Of a stretch of DNA of 37,007 bases, positions 35,450 through 37,007 are shown one piece after another. A program made the translations under genes and the position numbers. Numbering within the stretch: position 1 is the first letter of the stretch; each line of letters starts with the position of its first letter. This stretch comes from Chiloscyllium plagiosum (Eukaryota). The DNA is taken from positions 5,535,128 through 5,572,134 of the forward strand of contig NC_057758.1 of NCBI RefSeq assembly GCF_004010195.1. Direction: 5' to 3'. The notes under the pieces were generated by a model, which was not told the DNA's origin, did no database searches, and was given only the letters and a program-made list of their open reading frames with translations.

Positions 35450-35615
35450 TAGTGCAGATGCTGGAAACCAGATTCCGGAGAAGAGTCGTGCTGGAAAAGC
35501 ACAGCAGGTCGGGCAGCATCCGAGGAGCAGGAAAATCGACATTTCGGGCAAAAGCTCTTCATCAGGAATACAGGTAGAGTGCCTGAAGGACGGCGAGATA
35601 AATGAGAGGAGGGTT
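35450..35615 (-). mobile_element. Penelope pLTR fragment
   Basis: Reverse strand closely matches 31945-32040 and continues into 'tccagcatctgca'. Confidence 0.85.
35532..35570 (-). ncRNA. Minimal hammerhead-ribozyme motif (intact CUGAUGA/GAAA)
   Basis: attc-CTGATGA-a-gagc-tttt-gccc-GAAA-tgtc-gatt. Confidence 0.65.
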
Positions 35616-36033
35616 GAATTTGGTGTCAGCCAGGCGAACTGATATACCTGTGATTATGTTGACTCTCCGGAGTATTGTTGGAGTTGCACTCATTCAGATC
35701 TTTAGAGAGTATTTCATTACTTTCCGGACTTTTGATTATCGATGGTAGGACGGCATAAGGAAGTGATTCAGGAGGTTAATTAATCGCTGCAAGATTCCCT
35801 TGTAGTGACTCTACTGATTTGGTGACTCCAGTTCAATTTCTGCTCAATGCTAATCCCCCAGGTTTTAATCTGGAGGGAATTCAATGTTGGTAATGCCATT
35901 GAATATCAAGGGGCGATGGTGAGTTTCACTCTCAATGGAAAATCCCAAGATGTTGTCGGGTGGGCAGCATTCTGTGACAGTGACATCATTGAATTCAAAG
36001 GACAATGATTAGCTTCACTTTCAATGGTAATCA

Positions 36034-37007
36034 TCATAGAACATAGAACATAGAAGAATAAAGCGCAGTACTGGCCCTTCGGCCCTCGATGTTGCGCCGA
36101 TCCAAGCCCACCTAACCTACTATCCTCCATATGCCTATCCAATGCCCATAAAGAGGGAGACTCCACCAATGCTACTGGCAGGGCATTCCATGAACTCACA
36201 ACTCGCTGATTAAAGAACCTACTCCTAACATCTGTCCTATACCTACCACCCCTTAATTTAAAGCTATGCCCCCTTGTAATAGCTGACTCCATGCTTGGAA
36301 AACGATTCTCACTGTCGACCCTATCTAAACCCCTAATCATCTTGTACACCTCTATCAAGTCACCCCTGAACCTTCTTTTCTCCAATGCAAACAACCCCAA
36401 GTGCCTCAGCCTTTCCTCATACGATCTTTCTACCATACCAGGCAACATCCTGGTAAACCTCCTCTGCACCCGTTCCAGTGCCTCCACATCCTTCCTATAG
36501 TATGGCGACCAAAACTGCACACAATACTCCAGATGCGGCCGCACCAGAGTCTTATACAACTGCAACATGACCTCAGTACTCCGGAACTCAATTCCTCTAC
36601 CAATAAAAGCCAGTACGCCATATGCCTTCTTCACCGCACTATTTACCTGGGTGGCAACTTTCAAAGAGCTGTGTACATGGACACCAAGATCCGTCTGCTA
36701 ATCCACACTACCAAGTATCCGTTTATTAGCCCAGTACCCTATCTTCTTATTACTCTTACCAAAGTGAATCACCTCACACTTAGCTACATTGAACTCCATT
36801 TGCCACCTTTCTGCCCAGTTCTGCAGCTTATCTATATCCCGCTGTAACCTGCCACATCCTTCCTCACCGTCTACAACTCATCCGACTTTCGTATCATCCG
36901 CAAACTTGCTCACCCACCCTTCTAACCCCTCCTCCAGGTCATTTATAAAAATGACAAACAGCAATGGTCCCAAAACAGATCCTTGCGGAACACCGCTAGT
37001 AACAGCA
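36034..37007 (-). mobile_element. Relatively young CR1 LINE 3' end (runs off the window)
   Basis: [23 protein letters not shown] and LVRPHLEYCVQFWSPYYRKD. (catagaa)3 tail at ~36034-36056. Confidence 0.95.

Larger units (their letters stand above)
34960..36030 (-). mobile_element. Highly decayed CR1/L2-like LINE 3' part, interrupted by pLTR fragments
   Basis: 'RSFITAESKVWNSL' C-terminal motif in ORF 34990-35223. The tail 'agggtaaattaggattggcattaaatgctag' on the minus strand resembles the tail at ~2225-2255. Confidence 0.55.

Overview
Eukaryotic, not prokaryotic, DNA. The repeat content (HE1/V-SINEs, HER1/CR1 LINEs, Penelope-like pLTRs) points to a cartilaginous fish such as a shark; this is an inference. 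More than half of the window is transposon-derived. It holds two near-full-length but decayed CR1 LINEs (3152-7432 minus; 22578-26832 plus) plus CR1 3' fragments, a decayed Rex1/Babar LINE, two Penelope-like elements with hammerhead-type pLTRs, and tRNA-derived SINEs. An ancient Gmr1-like (integrase-before-RT) Gypsy LTR retrotransposon (~17071-27345) has a Penelope element inserted in its gag and a CR1 inserted in its 3' LTR. No intact TE ORF2/pol is present and no host gene could be named. The unique sequence contains several canonical AG...GT-bounded candidate exons on the minus strand, suggesting the window may be intronic to an unidentified gene or pseudogene; this is low confidence. There are two assembly gaps. 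All family calls come from motif recognition, not database searches.
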